From assembly GCA_051294375.1 (NCBI GenBank), contig CM119264.1, positions 26,508,008 to 26,572,007 of the forward strand: 64,000 nt of DNA. Direction: 5' to 3'. Of this stretch, positions 39,410-53,175 are shown one piece after another. The DNA comes from Paraspadella gotoi. Taxonomy: Eukaryota > Animalia > Chaetognatha. The stretch's first letter is position 1. The number at the start of each line of letters is the position of its first letter. Below the pieces are notes generated by a model. The model was not told the origin of the DNA, ran no database searches, and saw only the letters and a list, made by a program, of their open reading frames with translations. Made by a program: the position numbers and the translations under genes.

Positions 39410-40160
39410 ATTTAATCTCCTTTTTCTTCATTTTTCTCTGTTTATAAAATTGGTATTGATAAACCTTCGAAGGTACAAATGCCTGAAAGTCAACTGCATA
39501 ATGCAGAAAAGACACGACCGGTTATAGTATATGAAAAAAGTTCAAATTGTCCATTCATTCAATAAGATTGAGCTATCTTGCCCCTGACTTACGACACTGG
39601 ATTATGGTAGATTACGCATTAATAAAAACAAGTCAAACTTCATTTGTATACATTTGAAATTTTATTACATGCCGCCAGCCCTGACGCCTCTGACGCCGCC
39701 TACGTTTTTCATGTTTCTTATTTTCTCTGTTTGTGTTTTTGACGTTGTCTTTCTCCCATTTTTTATCATTATTTTATCTCTTTTTATTTTTTTTTCATTT
39801 GTCTTGAAACGAATTGTTCTTTGCTACTGCACGGCTTCAAAGGCTGCAAGTCTTGAGGTCTCGGCTGAGAACGGAGATGGTGCTCTATCTGATTTTCATG
39901 AGGTTAAACAAAAAGTCAAAACGGTTGTCTGTATATATATCGGGTCCCAACAGTATAAACGTTCTGGCCTCTCTTCTCTCTCTCTCTTCTCTTTCTCTCT
40001 CTTCTCTCTCTCTCTCTCTCTCTGCTCTGCTCTGTCGAACCGAACGGACGTATGATCCGAGCTCTGAATTTTTTCTGGAATTAACAGTAACAAAAACACG
40101 TAAAATCTAAAAAACAAAAAAAAAAACAAACTTTTTCGTCATTTCTCTAAATTTATATTC

Positions 40161-41792
40161 ATGCCTTATCCTTAAAATATGCAGAGGTTTTATCCAAAGA
40201 AAAATACTAACATACATAGATCAGCTGATTGTTTCTCACAGCGCGATCTAGACAAAGACAGGTGTTATGTCGTCCAAACAAAGAGACACGAATGCGTCAA
40301 ACCAGAAAAGTCGTGGAAAAACTAAAAACTCCAAAGATACTGTTGAAAATGATACAGATGGAGATTTTTGAAGAACATTCTACTAATGAAGTTGAAACAC
40401 GCCGTTTTCAAAGATTTTGAACTGCTCAACCAGAACGTAAGTCTGCTTTTGCCCGCGTCTAATAAGTCTGGGCTATAACAAAAATGCTAGTCCACATCAA
40501 TTAACAAATGTCTCACCCTCATCAGAACATGCTCGTCAACTTGACCAAAGAAAAACTGTCGTGGTGTCCTCCACATGCCTGAGGAGGTAAGAAATCCAGA
40601 CAAACTTTCTCGCTATACTGGATGAGGCATTCAAAGGTTCCGCTTCATTTGACGAAGTTAAGATCACTAAACGTGGTGACATAATTATTTATGTAATACA
40701 GATAAAGACTTCAATTCGTTGATATAAACAAGAAACTGGCGATGAAAAGTTTACTTTCAATCCAAAGTTAAGCCCTGAAACACACTGTCTCATTTTTTAT
40801 TCTAATTAAGGGAGTTGATCCTGAATATTCTGAAGAGGAAATTAATGCTGCTTTAATAGAACGTGGTTATTCTCCAAGCTTTGTTAAAAGACTTAAGGCT
40901 GGCACAACAGGAATGCCAAGCTGGAATGTCAAAGTGACTCTTTATCTTTAAAGGAAAAGGAAAACATATTAACAACAAAATTAATATGTTTAGAAAAATT
41001 CATTCGGTCACTGAATATTTACTGATAAAGTTCTACAGTGCTTTAATTGTCAAGAATTTGGACACGGCTCCAATGCATGTACCAAACAGACTCAAATTTG
41101 CCTTCGCGTGCTGATGCACACTCACACAAAGAATGCAACAAACAGTTTGGCGATACCAAATGTGCGAATTGCCATGGAAACCATCCGGCAATTCCAGATC
41201 TTGCCCAAATTATCAAGCAGCCTGTCAACAATCAAATAAAAACCAAATCACAACATCTCAAAACAAACTTATTCCATCATATGCAGCAGCAGCTATCCAA
41301 AATCTCAACACCCCAAAAACTGCATAAGGAAGACTTGAGAGATATCTGTCATTGCCTATTTCTCATACTCAAGAGTTAGACTTGGAAGGAAAATCATTGA
41401 CCATGAACTCTTCAACAATAAAAGAGAACCACGGATGCAATCGAACTCAGATAACAATTCCACGTTACAACAGTCAAGCTCTCAAATTCATTCTTCCAAG
41501 AATCAAATCAAACTCATACTCAAAATCTTAACACTTCTTCCCAAACGAATCCAAAATCTTTCACTAACACACAATCAATCAAACAATCACAATAACCATA
41601 TTGAATCTCTCCTCTCTACCAGCAAATTATCAATGATTGGGCAGAAGATGATCCACTGACCCAAATGCAGTCTCAGGAAAGCCCCAATGAAGAACAAGAA
41701 GAAACCCGAACTGGTATCTTGGCGACTGAAAACACCAGAAGGCTAAATCTCCAACCAAAAAGTAAAAACCAGGTAGACCACATAAGCAATAA
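40161..41792 (+). pseudogene. LINE ORF1 (gag-like nucleic-acid-binding protein), frameshifted
   Basis: LIKGVDPEYSEEEI (about 40802). QCFNCQEFGHGSNAC, C..CADAHSHKEC and KCANCHGNHPA at about 41036-41190. The start is approximate. Confidence 0.85.
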
Positions 41793-41794
41793 AA

Positions 41795-44660
41795 ATGGAC
41801 TCTCGAAATCTACCACTTGCACTTCTTCAACTTAACTCAAATGGTAAGCCTTCACCTGATTGAATTTATAAACCTAATTGAAAATCTCAGTAAAGTTACA
41901 CTTTAATTTTTGCTTGCAATGACATCCGTTGTCAACAGAAAGACCTTTATAGTTTTAAGAAATACATGTATTTGTAAATCCATCTTCGACTTCAGCAGGA
42001 GGTGTTATGATTGCTGTTCCAAACCATTACCTGCAGCAGAACTTAAATTTTTAAACCAACCTGATGAAACTTTAATAATTGAAATTTTACTAAGAGAATA
42101 AACAAAATTACTTTTTTCAACATTACAAATCACCCAGGAAAATATGTAGAGATGCTCTCTTTTTATCACATTAATACATTTTCAGAAAGAAATAATGTCG
42201 TTTTAAGCTTTTAATTGGAGACTTAAACTCACAACATTCAGAGCTTGGCGGAAGATTTGACTCCCTCAAGGCGATGTCCTTTTAGAAAACATCTTAAATA
42301 AAGACTTTACATTATTAACGGGTCGCTTCCTTACCTATATCAGTAAATCCAACGGAGAAGCTAATGTTTTAGATATTGCACTCACACCACAAAATTTTCA
42401 AATAACATTTCATCAGTTTCTTCCTGCATGACGTCGGCAGTGACCACCTGCCTATTCTCGTAACAACACAACTTTCAGCCCCTCATACATGAATATCAAT
42501 ATAAAAAACTAACTGGAGTGAATTCTGTAATCTGATGGAAAATTCATTGCCCACCAATAAAAATTGTGTCTCAAGGACTCATAATTGATCAAAGCAATAA
42601 ACCATTCACAAGAATCCATGAATCAAGCAATCGAAAAAAGCATGAATTAAAACTTTAAACTTTCAATTACATCTATATACTCTCAATTTTAAAGAATTAA
42701 TAATTAGAAGGAGAAACTTAACTAGAAAGATTATCTCGGGCTAGAAAAACATGGTTTGTCCCCGATCCCAATTGAAATCAGAATTTACTACCTTTGTAGA
42801 AAAATTAGAATCTAAACAAACAATTTATATTAGAACACTATCACAAAAAGCAGAAAACATAAAAAATGAAAAAAACCCAATCTAAAATGGAAATAATTAA
42901 CGAGATGATAAACTATAAAACTAAAAGTTCACCTGATTGCAATGTTAATTGATACAAACGGTGTGCAAGCTGTAGATAATAAAACAAACCTCGATATACA
43001 TGCAAAAAATTTAAGATATATACTAGGAAAATCCCCGGTACTCCTGGACATTGAATGATTGGGTAAAAAAAGTTGAAGAGAGAGTAAACACAGTTTTCAT
43101 GGTTTGCTCCAACCAGGTGTGCTTTGATACTGAAGAGGAGGAAAGAATTTTCTAATTTTTGTAAAAAAAGCCTCAAACCTAAAAAACGTTCATGAAATTA
43201 TTAAATCTCTTAAACAAAATCAGCTTCCTGGACCCGATGGGAATAACTCATGAAATGCTAAACAATTTGTCTAGTAAAACTCTAAAAATATTTAATACAA
43301 AATCTACTCGGCTTGTTTAAAAATTGGGTATTTCCCTTGTACCTGGAAAATAGCAAACATAAGAGTCATTCCAAAGCAAGAAAAGACTCAACACCGAGAA
43401 ATTATCGTCCTATTTAGCTTCTTTCCGTACTGGGTAACTATTAGAGCGAATTATTCTTCCTGGTCTTATATCAATGTTGAGTATAAGGGAAAAAGACGAC
43501 AACTTCAATCAGCGCCTTAAAAGGGAAGATCGGCTCCAGAAATAATAGTGAGACTGGTTGAAGACGCTCACATGGGCTTCCAAAAGCGAGAGGAGCCAAA
43601 TATTGGTCACATTAGATTATGCAAAAGATTTGACAATATTTGGCTGGACGTTTAAAAATCAAACTAATTAACATAAATCTTCCACTCAACATGTTAAAAA
43701 TCATCTGCTCTTTTATAAAATAGAAAATTCTCTGTTATAGCTAAAGGAGAAATTCAGAATTAATTGATATCCTATGGGGATCACCACAGCAGTGCGGCTG
43801 TGCTAAGTCCAGAATTGTTTGCTTTTAATATAGAAGATTACAATTGAACCAAAACAAACTCATCTGAACAATTGAACATTGAATCAAAACAAACTCCATC
43901 AGTCAATTAACACAGATCTCGATTTAAGACGTGATGTCCTTGAAAGCGCGTCAAATACGCAGACGACTCTTCGGCATGGTGCGTTCAAGAAATCTAAATC
44001 TAGCAACAGCATCTCTTAAGCTACCCTTCATCGTCTTGAAGAATGGTGTGATACATGGTTTTTAGGTCTTTGTCTGCAAATCAAACTGTATTTTAATAAC
44101 TCGTTGTCCTTCACTTTTTGAATACGACGTTAAACTATATTTGTTTTGGAGAAAAATTCCTGTTTGCAATACTATAAAATTTTTAGGATGTATCATTGAT
44201 CGAAAATTAACCTGGACTCAACATATTAATGAACTATTTTCTAAAGCCAAGTCCAAATATGCGATTAACAGATTGTCTAAATATGTCATAGGAAATAATT
44301 TCCAACTCGTACATTCAGCTTTCTCGACTTTAATTGTTTCTTTATTTTTATATTGCACCTTTCTTTTTATCTGCAGGTAGATATCACTGGCAAAATTTGA
44401 TACTCTTCAACTGCGAGCTATTAAAATTTTTCATAGATTACGATACAATTTTGATAATGATTTAGCACGAGATGCAGCAAGTAATGATCCACTATCTGAA
44501 TATTGTAAGAATAAGTCAGTAAGACGTTTAAAAAACATGATTTCGAAATAATTCTCTTTTTGATACCCATTGTTGATCGTATTGAAAAAAATTCTACCTA
44601 CACTAATATGTCACCAATAGAAGCTTTTATTAGGTTGGGACACAACATTTCGAAAAAGAA
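41795..44660 (+). pseudogene. LINE ORF2 (APE endonuclease + reverse transcriptase), frameshifted
   Basis: APE motifs LLQLNSNG, GGVMIAV, LIGDLNSQH and GSDHLPI (42436). RT motifs PGPDG, WKIANIRVIPK, NYRPISL, AVLSPELF, YADD (43956-43967) and IKFLGCIIDRKLTWTQHI. The end is approximate. Confidence 0.93.
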
Positions 44661-45119
44661 AGATTGTTTGAACTGCCTCTTGGAAAGATTTATGAAACTG
44701 TTTAGGATAAAACTCTTACCAATTTTCATTTATATCTTTAACTTACTTTCAACTTGTTTTATCGTTTTGTAAATTGATGTAGCTTTTAGGGCAACAATGT
44801 AGCCCAAAGCCCGTTTCTTTAATAAATTCAATATTCAACTTCTCTCTCCTCTCTCCTCTCGTCTCTCTTCCCTCTCTTCCTCTCTGGTCTTTCCTCTCTC
44901 TCTCTCCATTAATAATTTCCTAGTTTTACTTTAAGTTTCCCGTCATCGGTTTTTTTCTTCGATTATTTTTTGTCTCTGTTCCAGAGACAACAACAACAAC
45001 GACAACAACAACGACAACGACATCCTTCCAAGGAGAATTTCTGCATCTGTCGCCGATTTCCAAATAAAAACTTTTTCTCGCGAAATTGAAACTTTCTTGT
45101 CGACATAAGTTTCTGGTTG

Positions 45120-45174
<55 letters not shown>

Positions 45175-45204
45175 ATCTTTTTATCGAATAATCCTCCCCA
45201 TTTA

Positions 45205-46015
45205 TTTTCCTCCCTTTCTGCTTTCCTTGAATTTCTTTTCTTTCCTCTCAATTTCCAATCCATTTCTTTTCCTCCCTTTCTGCTTTCCTTGAATTTCTTT
45301 TCTTTCCTCTCAAATTCTAATTCATTTCTTTTCCTCCCTTTCTGCTTTCCTTGAATTTCTTTTCTTTCCTCTCAATTTCCAATCCATTTCTTTTCCTCCC
45401 TTTCTGCTTTCCTTGAATTTCTTTTCTTTCCTCTCAATTTCCAATCCATTTCTTTTCCTCCCTTTCTGCTTTCCTTGAATTTCTTTTCTTTCCTCCCAAT
45501 TTCCAATCCATTTCTTTTCCTCCCTTTCTGCTTTCCTTGACTTTCTTTTCTTTCCTCCCAATTTCCAATCCATTTCTTTTCCTCCCTTTCTGCTTTCTTT
45601 GAATTTCTTTTCTTTCCTCCCAATTTCCAATCCATTTCTTTTCCTCCCTTTCTGCTTTCCTTGAATTTCTTTTCTTTCCTCCCAATTTTAAATCCATTTT
45701 TTTCCCTCCCTTTCTGCTTTCCTTGAATTTCTTTTCTTTCCTCCCAATTTCCAATCCATTTCTTTTCCTCCCTTTCTGCTTTCCTTGAATTTCTTTTCTT
45801 TCCTCCCAATTTCAAATCCATTTCTTTTCCTCCCTTTCTGCTTTCCTTGAATTTCTTTTCTTTCCTCTCAATTTCCACTCCATTTCTTTTCCTCCCTTTC
45901 TGCTTTCTTTGAATTTCTTTTCTTTCCTCCCAATTTCCAATCCATTTCTTTTCCTCCCTTTCTGCTTTCCTTGAATTTCTTTTCTTTCCTCCCAATTTCC
46001 AATCCATTTTTTTTT
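45205..46015. repeat. 62-bp pyrimidine-rich minisatellite, about 13 copies
   Basis: The motif aatccatt recurs every 62 nt (45381, 45443, 45505, 45567, ...). Confidence 0.95.
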
Positions 46016-46211
46016 CGCTCCATATTTTTCTTCCCAAGGTTTTTTTTCTTTCTGGTTTCTTTTCTTCCCTTTTTTTTCCTCCCTTTTCCTTTTTTTATCT
46101 CTCTTTTCTTTCTCCATAGTTTTTCCTTTTTCCTTTCTCCGGTCATTTCAAGATTTTTCTCTTAAAAGGATCAGGGCTCAAAGGTCAGTGACAGCGAAGG
46201 AACGAACTCAC

Positions 46212-46310
46212 GCCGGGTGCCTGACGGAGGAAGAAGGCGGAAACGAGGCTGAGAATCGAGGGACGACTGTTTCTCACTTTCACGATTTTACATTTATTGA
46301 ATAAAAGGAC
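46212..46310 (-). CDS. Candidate 99-nt internal exon of an unknown gene
   Basis: T-rich tract plus CAG acceptor, open frame VLLFNKCKIVKVRNSRPSILSLVSAFFLRQAPG, and GTGAGT donor. No homology recognised. Confidence 0.2.
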
Positions 46311-47350
46311 CTGAATGACCGAGGTGAAAATAAATACAAATATAAATAAATATCATGCGTGTCAATAACACATACGACGAAAAATGGTCTACGTATTGCA
46401 ATTTACAAAGAAAATCAAATGGTTGCGATGCAATTGGGCCAATGCTGGAAGGCAGGGATCCAGGAAAAAAAAAAAGAGAGAAGAGAAGAGAGAGAGAACG
46501 AGAGACGAGAGAGACAGAGAGGAGAGAGAGAATAAGAGAGAGAAGAGAGAAGAGAGAGAGAGAGAGACAAGACAGAAAAATCCTAGAAAACAACCTAAAG
46601 AGACAAAAAAGCAGAATCAAAAGTTTCAGGTTAAAAGATCAGAGTCAATTTTGCGTCTAGACCCACCCCCCCCTCTTCCCCTCTCCCCCCCTCACCCCGA
46701 ACTCCCAAAAAAAAGAGAGAAAAAGTGGGCGTGGCGCTGGCAATGCCGAAGATGCAGAGCTCCAGAGCGCGACGGTGGGGTGAGGTGATCGGTGAGACGA
46801 GGTGAAAGGAACGGATTGGGTGAGGCAGGGTGAGGCAAGATATATGTAATTTTGTGGAGGAACAATAAGATGCTGGAAAAGAGAGGAAAAATCCGGTCTT
46901 TTATTTTACATGACAAATGAAAAATATGTATAACAAGTAAATAAAAGTAATCTTTCAATTTTCATATCTTAGTGTAGTTGAAAAAACATCCTCTTGGGCT
47001 CGAGAGAATAAGCGTCTCTTTTCTTTCTCTCCCATCTTCCTTCTCCGACTTTTCTTTTCTTTCTCTCCCTTCTCCCCTCTCTTCTATCCCATCCAACCTC
47101 TTCCGTTCTTTCCCTCTCCCCTCATTCTCTCCTTAACCCTCTTTTTCTTCATCTTGTTTGTCTCTCTGCCAACGAAGATTGAAAAAAATGCAGAGGTGAA
47201 TGTGGTGCGCAATGCCGGAATGCGAGAGTGAATAAAAGCAATAATTCGAAAGATGCCCCAGTGCAATCAATGATGATGCGAGGGTGAATGCCGCAATCGC
47301 TCGGCGGAACCAAGCTCGGGCGCCGAGGAATGGAATAAAAAAAAATCCGC

Positions 47351-47447
47351 AGAGGTGCTAAGATGCGTAGCGGCGACGCGGTGCGGAGGTGCTAAGATTC
47401 GTAGCGGCGCCCTGGTGCGGAGGTGCTAAGATGCGTAGCGGCGCCGC
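47351..47447. repeat. 34-bp GC-rich tandem repeat, 3 copies
   Basis: ggtgctaagat(g/t)cgtagcggcg occurs at 47354, 47388 and 47422. Confidence 0.9.
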
Positions 47448-49335
47448 GGCGCGCCGCCTTTTTCCCTTTTTGGCGCCAAAGTTTGAATCGCGGAATTCGT
47501 TCGGCGTCGAGTTGGCATCCGTCTCCCGTTTTGGGCGAATCCGCGCGAGTTTAGGGGGTGAGGGAGGCGAAAGTGGAAGGTGGTAACTGATGAGGAATGG
47601 TCGGGTGCGGGGGTGGATGGATTGTGGAAGGTAGGTCGAGGTGGGACCGGTTTTGGCGGGAACCAAGAAAGAGAAAGAGGAAGAAGGGTTAAAACTGGCG
47701 TCTCGGTGATATTTTGGATGAGGAATAATTCGAGAGAGACTAAGTTTTTATTAAGGGGAGGTCACTTACGATTTCGGAGTGAGTGGGGTTAGAGTTGGGT
47801 GAGGCTCGTGTCGGAGAATCGGGTGAGGTTCGGGTAAGTGAGAATGAAGGTAATTTTGTCTGGTTTCCCTTTTTTTGTTTACGACCGATGAGCGTTGGGC
47901 TCCAAAAGGAGGAGAAATGAAAACTCACGAGAGAGAAGAACTATGGCTTCGCTTAAAGAATTGGTTCAAAGTCCGTTTAGGTTTTACGAGTTTTTAGGGT
48001 AAGTCGGATTCAGATAATGACGTAGGGTAGGGCATGAATCAGTGAATATCCATTGGTTAAGTTTATCTTCAAAATATTGGTGAACGTTTCTTTTGAAAAA
48101 AAAAAAGGCTGGGTTGAGATGGGGCGAGGTTGCGAGCTGATGGAATGAAACGAATGGACCGATGGAACTCTTCTTTGTTTACAGCGGGGAATCGAAATGA
48201 ACGAGATTCGGGCTCGAAAAAGAGGGCGAGGTGAGGGTAAGTTCATTTGTTCAAACAAAATTGATATGTTTTTCTAGGCGATGATCGTTTTAAACAAAAA
48301 GAACGAAAGTTAAAATGATAAAATGAGGAAGAGGAGAAGGAGAAGAAGAAGAAGAAGAAGAGGAAAATAAAGAGGAAAAACGAAGGTGAAAAGAAAAGAA
48401 AAAAAAACGGTGGAGAATGGGTCACTGTGCCGACGGGCAAAAAATGAGAGAGAAAAGAAAATCATCTGTGCGGTTTAAAAGCGCAAAGGAAAGTGGGAAG
48501 AGAGAAGCGAAGACGTCGACGACCAATTTGCATTTATGCAATTCGTGGGAGAAGAAGGAAAGGGGGGAGTGGGGGAAGTGGGGAAGAAGGGGGAGATAGG
48601 AGAGGGGTAATGGGGGCGTGGGGCGGGGGGGTTGATGGTCGCCGATTTAAACGTCCGCATTCTCCATCTTGAAAGAGGAGGACGAAAATAGAATCGCGAA
48701 AGCGAAAAGAGAGGGAGTTCCTTTTATGGGATGACGTCGACGAACGTCGTTTGAAGTCGCCGAGTCGCCTCCGATTGAGAGCGTAGCAATGCAATGGGTG
48801 GCGATGCGTGACAAAACGTGGCACGGTATGGCGTGGCCGAGTGCGGGAAGGAATTGTGAAGGGAGGGCACTGGGCTGGTGTGGTGTAACGAAATGTGACA
48901 AGGTAGGATAAATTGTTTTAACGATGGAATAAAGAGAGATAATTGGGAGTAAGTTGGCCAGGGAATCAAGATAAGGAGTAAAAGTGAAAACAGAAAATTA
49001 GTCTTAAGGATTGTGATTAGTCTTGTGAGGGGAGATAATAGTGAAGGAAGTAAAATCCAAATGTAATTAACACATTAGCTCTACGGTTGGAAGATTATTA
49101 AAAGTGGAAAAACCAGTGACTGGTTGGTCAATTTGGGTGTGGTTATCCCAACCGTCCAAGGTAATGTCCCGAGAACTGGCCATCGCGGACTGTATATGAA
49201 GCATTGCGTTAATGGCGTAATTTAATTCTCTTTGCTTCGCTACGGTTGGAGCTTTCCATTAAAACTTTGACTCTGGCGATCATGCTACGAACTTTAATGG
49301 GTCGTACAAACGATTTATTCTGACCGCTCAATTAT

Positions 49336-49474
<139 letters not shown>

Positions 49475-51352
49475 GCACGCCCGCTGTTCGTGGAAAGAGT
49501 CGAAGTCTTCTATGCGTGAAGAAATGGTCGCGTGCCCCAGACTGCGTGCGGCCGTTGTGCACGCATGCGTGCCTCTCCCTTTTTAAGCTCATCAATGTCA
49601 AAAATTTAATCGATTTTAATTATAAAAAAAATAAAATCTCCTTTTTTTTTAGCTAGATTCCCGCATTATACGTTAACAGCGGCGGGAGTTTGGAGTCTTT
49701 TCGTGCCAGAATTCAAATCGAGAATCGATAAATGAGAATTTAAAAAAAAATGTTAGAAATGACTAATAAATTATGTGAATTAAAAACTTGAAACTAAATA
49801 AGTTTGTCACTTGCATTCGTTTATTCAATTGAGTTTCTATTTCCTTTTAATAGAATACGACCTAAAATTTTTTTTAAAAAGTGAGGATCGTTTTCATTCA
49901 TTCATTATTTGATTCATTCTCATTCAATAATCAAATATTCACAAACTTTCTAAAAAGATTATTATGTCATGAATTAAGTTTTCTGTGTCTCCAAAGCAGC
50001 AGTTGCATCATTTCTATCGGCAAAAATGCTCAAGTATCTTTTGTATCTTTGCAATTTTTCTAAAGGCATCGCCCTTCTTTCTTTTCTTCTTTTTAAAATG
50101 ATTTTTTTTTTTCAGAATTTTTTCTTTATATTTTTCTTCTTTTTTTTCGACGTTTTTCCTATTTTTCTTTATTTCTTTTTTCTTCTTTTTTTTTCTTATT
50201 CTAGATCTACAAACTCTTTTTCTCCCTTTTTTTCTCTGTATTTTCTATTTTCTATTTTCTTTTTTCTATTTTCTATATCTCTTACGCCCGCAGTTTTTCT
50301 ATTTCATCGATATCTATCCTCAGCGCTTCTTCATCGTTTTTTTTTCTCCTCCGCCCACCGCCGATTAGCTCACTCCCCTCTCGTCCCTCGTGCCCGCTTA
50401 GCCCTCATCCAGTCTTCTCCCTTACTCTGTTTTGCCCTAAATACTTTGCTCTGCCCTTACCCACATCTGCCGTTAACAAGCTTTGTCCTTAACTCCTCTT
50501 CGCGCGTTCCGCCCGCGGTTCGTTTTTAACAGATTTAATTACAAATTGTAAATATAAAGTTTTAATTCTTTTTTTTATAAATCATTAATGATTTCCCGAT
50601 ATTTTTTTTCTTTATTTTCCTATTTTACTAAATTTCTTTTGTACATTCCTAATAAATCCCGTTTTCTTCTTCTCCCTACTTCTTTCACTTTATCCTTTCT
50701 CCCCTTTCCTTTCTCTTTTCCCCCCTCCTCCTCCTCCTCCTCCTCCTCCTCCTCNNNNNNNNNNNNNNNNNNNNNNNNNNNNNNNNNNNNNNNNNNNNNN
50801 NNNNNNNNNNNNNNNNNNNNNNNNNNNNNNNNNNNNNNNNNNNNNNNNNNNNNNNNNNNNNNNNNNNNNNNNNNNNNNNNNNNNNNNNNNNNNNNNNNNN
50901 NNNNNNNNNNNNNNNNNNNNNNNNNNNNNNNNNNNNNNNNNNNNNNNNNNNNNNNNNNNNNNNNNNNNNNNNNNNNNNNNNNNNNNNNNNNNNNNNNNNN
51001 NNNNNNNNNNNNNNNNNNNNNNNNNNNNNNNNNNNNNNNNNNNNNNNNNNNNNNNNNNNNNNNNNNNNNNNNNNNNNNNNNNNNNNNNNNNNNNNNNNNN
51101 NNNNNNNNNNNNNNNNNNNNNNNNNNNNNNNNNNNNNNNNNNNNNNNNNNNNNNNNNNNNNNNNNNNNNNNNNNNNNNNNNNNNNNNNNNNNNNNNNNNN
51201 NNNNNNNNNNNNNNNNNNNNNNNNNNNNNNNNNNNNNNNNNNNNNNNNNNNNNNNNNNNNNNNNNNNNNNNNNNNNNNNNNNNNNNNNNNNNNNNNTTAA
51301 TTTTCCTTACCTTACCACCCGGGTCCTCCTAGCATCTCACATGCTCACCATC

Positions 51353-51389
<37 letters not shown>

Positions 51390-52485
51390 GCGAAAGTAAA
51401 GGGAAAAAAAGAAAGGGGAATTCATTCGCATAGAAAATAAATTTCCCAAAACTCGATGTTAAATGGAGAGAATTAATATGGCGTGATTCGTATATGAAGT
51501 TAAAGGGAGGTAAAAGAAAATGGGTTTATGTGAACGTAATGGTTTATTGCGGAAGTAACAAATCCAGAAATGAAATTAATTATCAATTACTCAAGCGAAA
51601 ACATGACAAAACTGAAAGAGACATAAATCAAAATCAAAATTATCCGAAATTATTATATTCTCTCTCTCTCTCTCTCTCTCTCNNNNNNNNNNNNNNNNNN
51701 NNNNNNNNNNNNNNNNNNNNNNNNNNNNNNNNNNNNNNNNNNNNNNNNNNNNNNNNNNNNNNNNNNNNNNNNNNNNNNNNNNNNNNNNNNNNNNNNNNNN
51801 NNNNNNNNNNNNNNNNNNNNNNNNNNNTCTGATTTTTGGTTCGTTCCGTCGACGAAACCTGAATTGCCTTTATTGCTTTTCTCATGCGTTCCTCTTTTTT
51901 TTTCTCTCGTTCCCCGGATGTTCTCGGGAAATCTTGAATTTGTTCCGTATCAAACTTGTTTGTATTGGTTATCTTATTCTATGGGGGGCGGAGTGGATTT
52001 CGGATGAGGTAACTTTAACGAGAATGAGATTATGAGAGGAAGAAAGTGTTGAATGAAAAAGAAATAAAGGAATAGAATAAAGAGTGAATAAAAGAAACGC
52101 AGAGAATTGAAGAGAAGAGAAGAGAAGAGAAGAGAAGAGANNNNNNNNNNNNNGAAGAGAAGAGAAGAGAAGAGAAGAGAAGAGAAAAAAGATCAAAGAC
52201 AACAAATAAAAAGTAAAGAAAATAAAGAAATTACATTTTATTTTCCAAGTTTTCACTTAATTTTTCAAGTTTATGAGAGAAAGGAGAGGTGATGATGCCA
52301 ACTATTTCTCTTATGACTCTTAAGTCGGCTGACGACGACGACGACGACGACGACAATGATGACGACAATTGCAATATGACACCGAAGAAAGAGAAAATAC
52401 TGAAAGCTATGTCCTATGATGAGACGATGACAATGAAGACGACGCCGATAGACGACATTGACGACTACGACAGCCTCTCTACAGT

Positions 52486-52596
52486 CTACTGGCCTTTCAA
52501 TGGAATCTTCGAGACCGTGCCCTTGAGCTTGGCCCATCCAAATGGCCTTTCCATTCCACTTGAGAACTTCATGGTGCTCCAAGCGTTGAAATGGAG
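52486..52596 (-). CDS. Candidate terminal exon of an unknown gene
   Basis: A TAG acceptor is followed by LHFNAWSTMKFSSGMERPFGWAKLKGTVSKIPLKGQ*, in a high-complexity patch between repeats. The + strand is also open here, so the strand is uncertain. Confidence 0.22.
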   Translation of the reverse strand, partial: LHFNAWSTMKFSSGMERPFGWAKLKGTVSKIPLKGQ

Positions 52597-52704
52597 CTAT
52601 GGTGTCGAGATAAGAATGAACGCACTTTCTCTTTCTTTCACTTTACGCGTCGCGATTAAAAAACAGACTTTTAGGATCTCTCTTCTCTCTCTCTCTCTCT
52701 CTCT

Positions 52705-52773
<69 letters not shown>

Positions 52774-53130
52774 CAGCAAATTGCGATGTTTTTTTTTTCC
52801 AGAGCCAAAATTCAAATACTTTTTCTCGTTAATCCTGCGAAGCACCATCGCGACCCCACCCTAACTCTCTCACACCCTCTCTTTCAACCTTCCCCTCTCC
52901 TTTCTTCTCTTATCCGCCCAGTTTTCCTTTCTTTTTTCCCTTTCTTTTTTCCTTTCTTTTTTCCCTTTAAACTCGAAACTAAATGCAAGGGGCTGCCTCT
53001 GCCAGGAGTTGGCAACGCAAACCGCCTTCTCCGTCCGCCAGGTATTTTTCCTTCTCGCAATGACAAATTAACCCGAGGCTAAATTAAACGGAGTTTGTCT
53101 TTTTCCGCCGCTCCCGCTCCCTCCGCCGCG

Positions 53131-53175
53131 AGCCGCCAGCCGCCAGCCGCCAGCCGCCAGCCGCCAGCCGCCGCC
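53131..53175. repeat. (GCCGCCA)n heptamer run in a CpG-rich patch
   Basis: Directly visible, about 5-6 copies. Confidence 0.85.

Larger units (their letters stand above)
40024..44840 (+). mobile_element. Near full-length non-LTR retrotransposon (LINE), Jockey/I-group-like
   Basis: ORF1 has three CCHC-type knuckles and ORF2 has an APE endonuclease plus RT with no visible RNase H. There is an AATAAA at 44821 and (TC)n on both flanks. Many frameshifts. Confidence 0.93.

Noticed and set aside
45322-46146. Lys/Glu/Arg-rich repeat ORFs up to 221 aa
   Set aside because: They derive from a 62-bp satellite whose period is not a multiple of 3.
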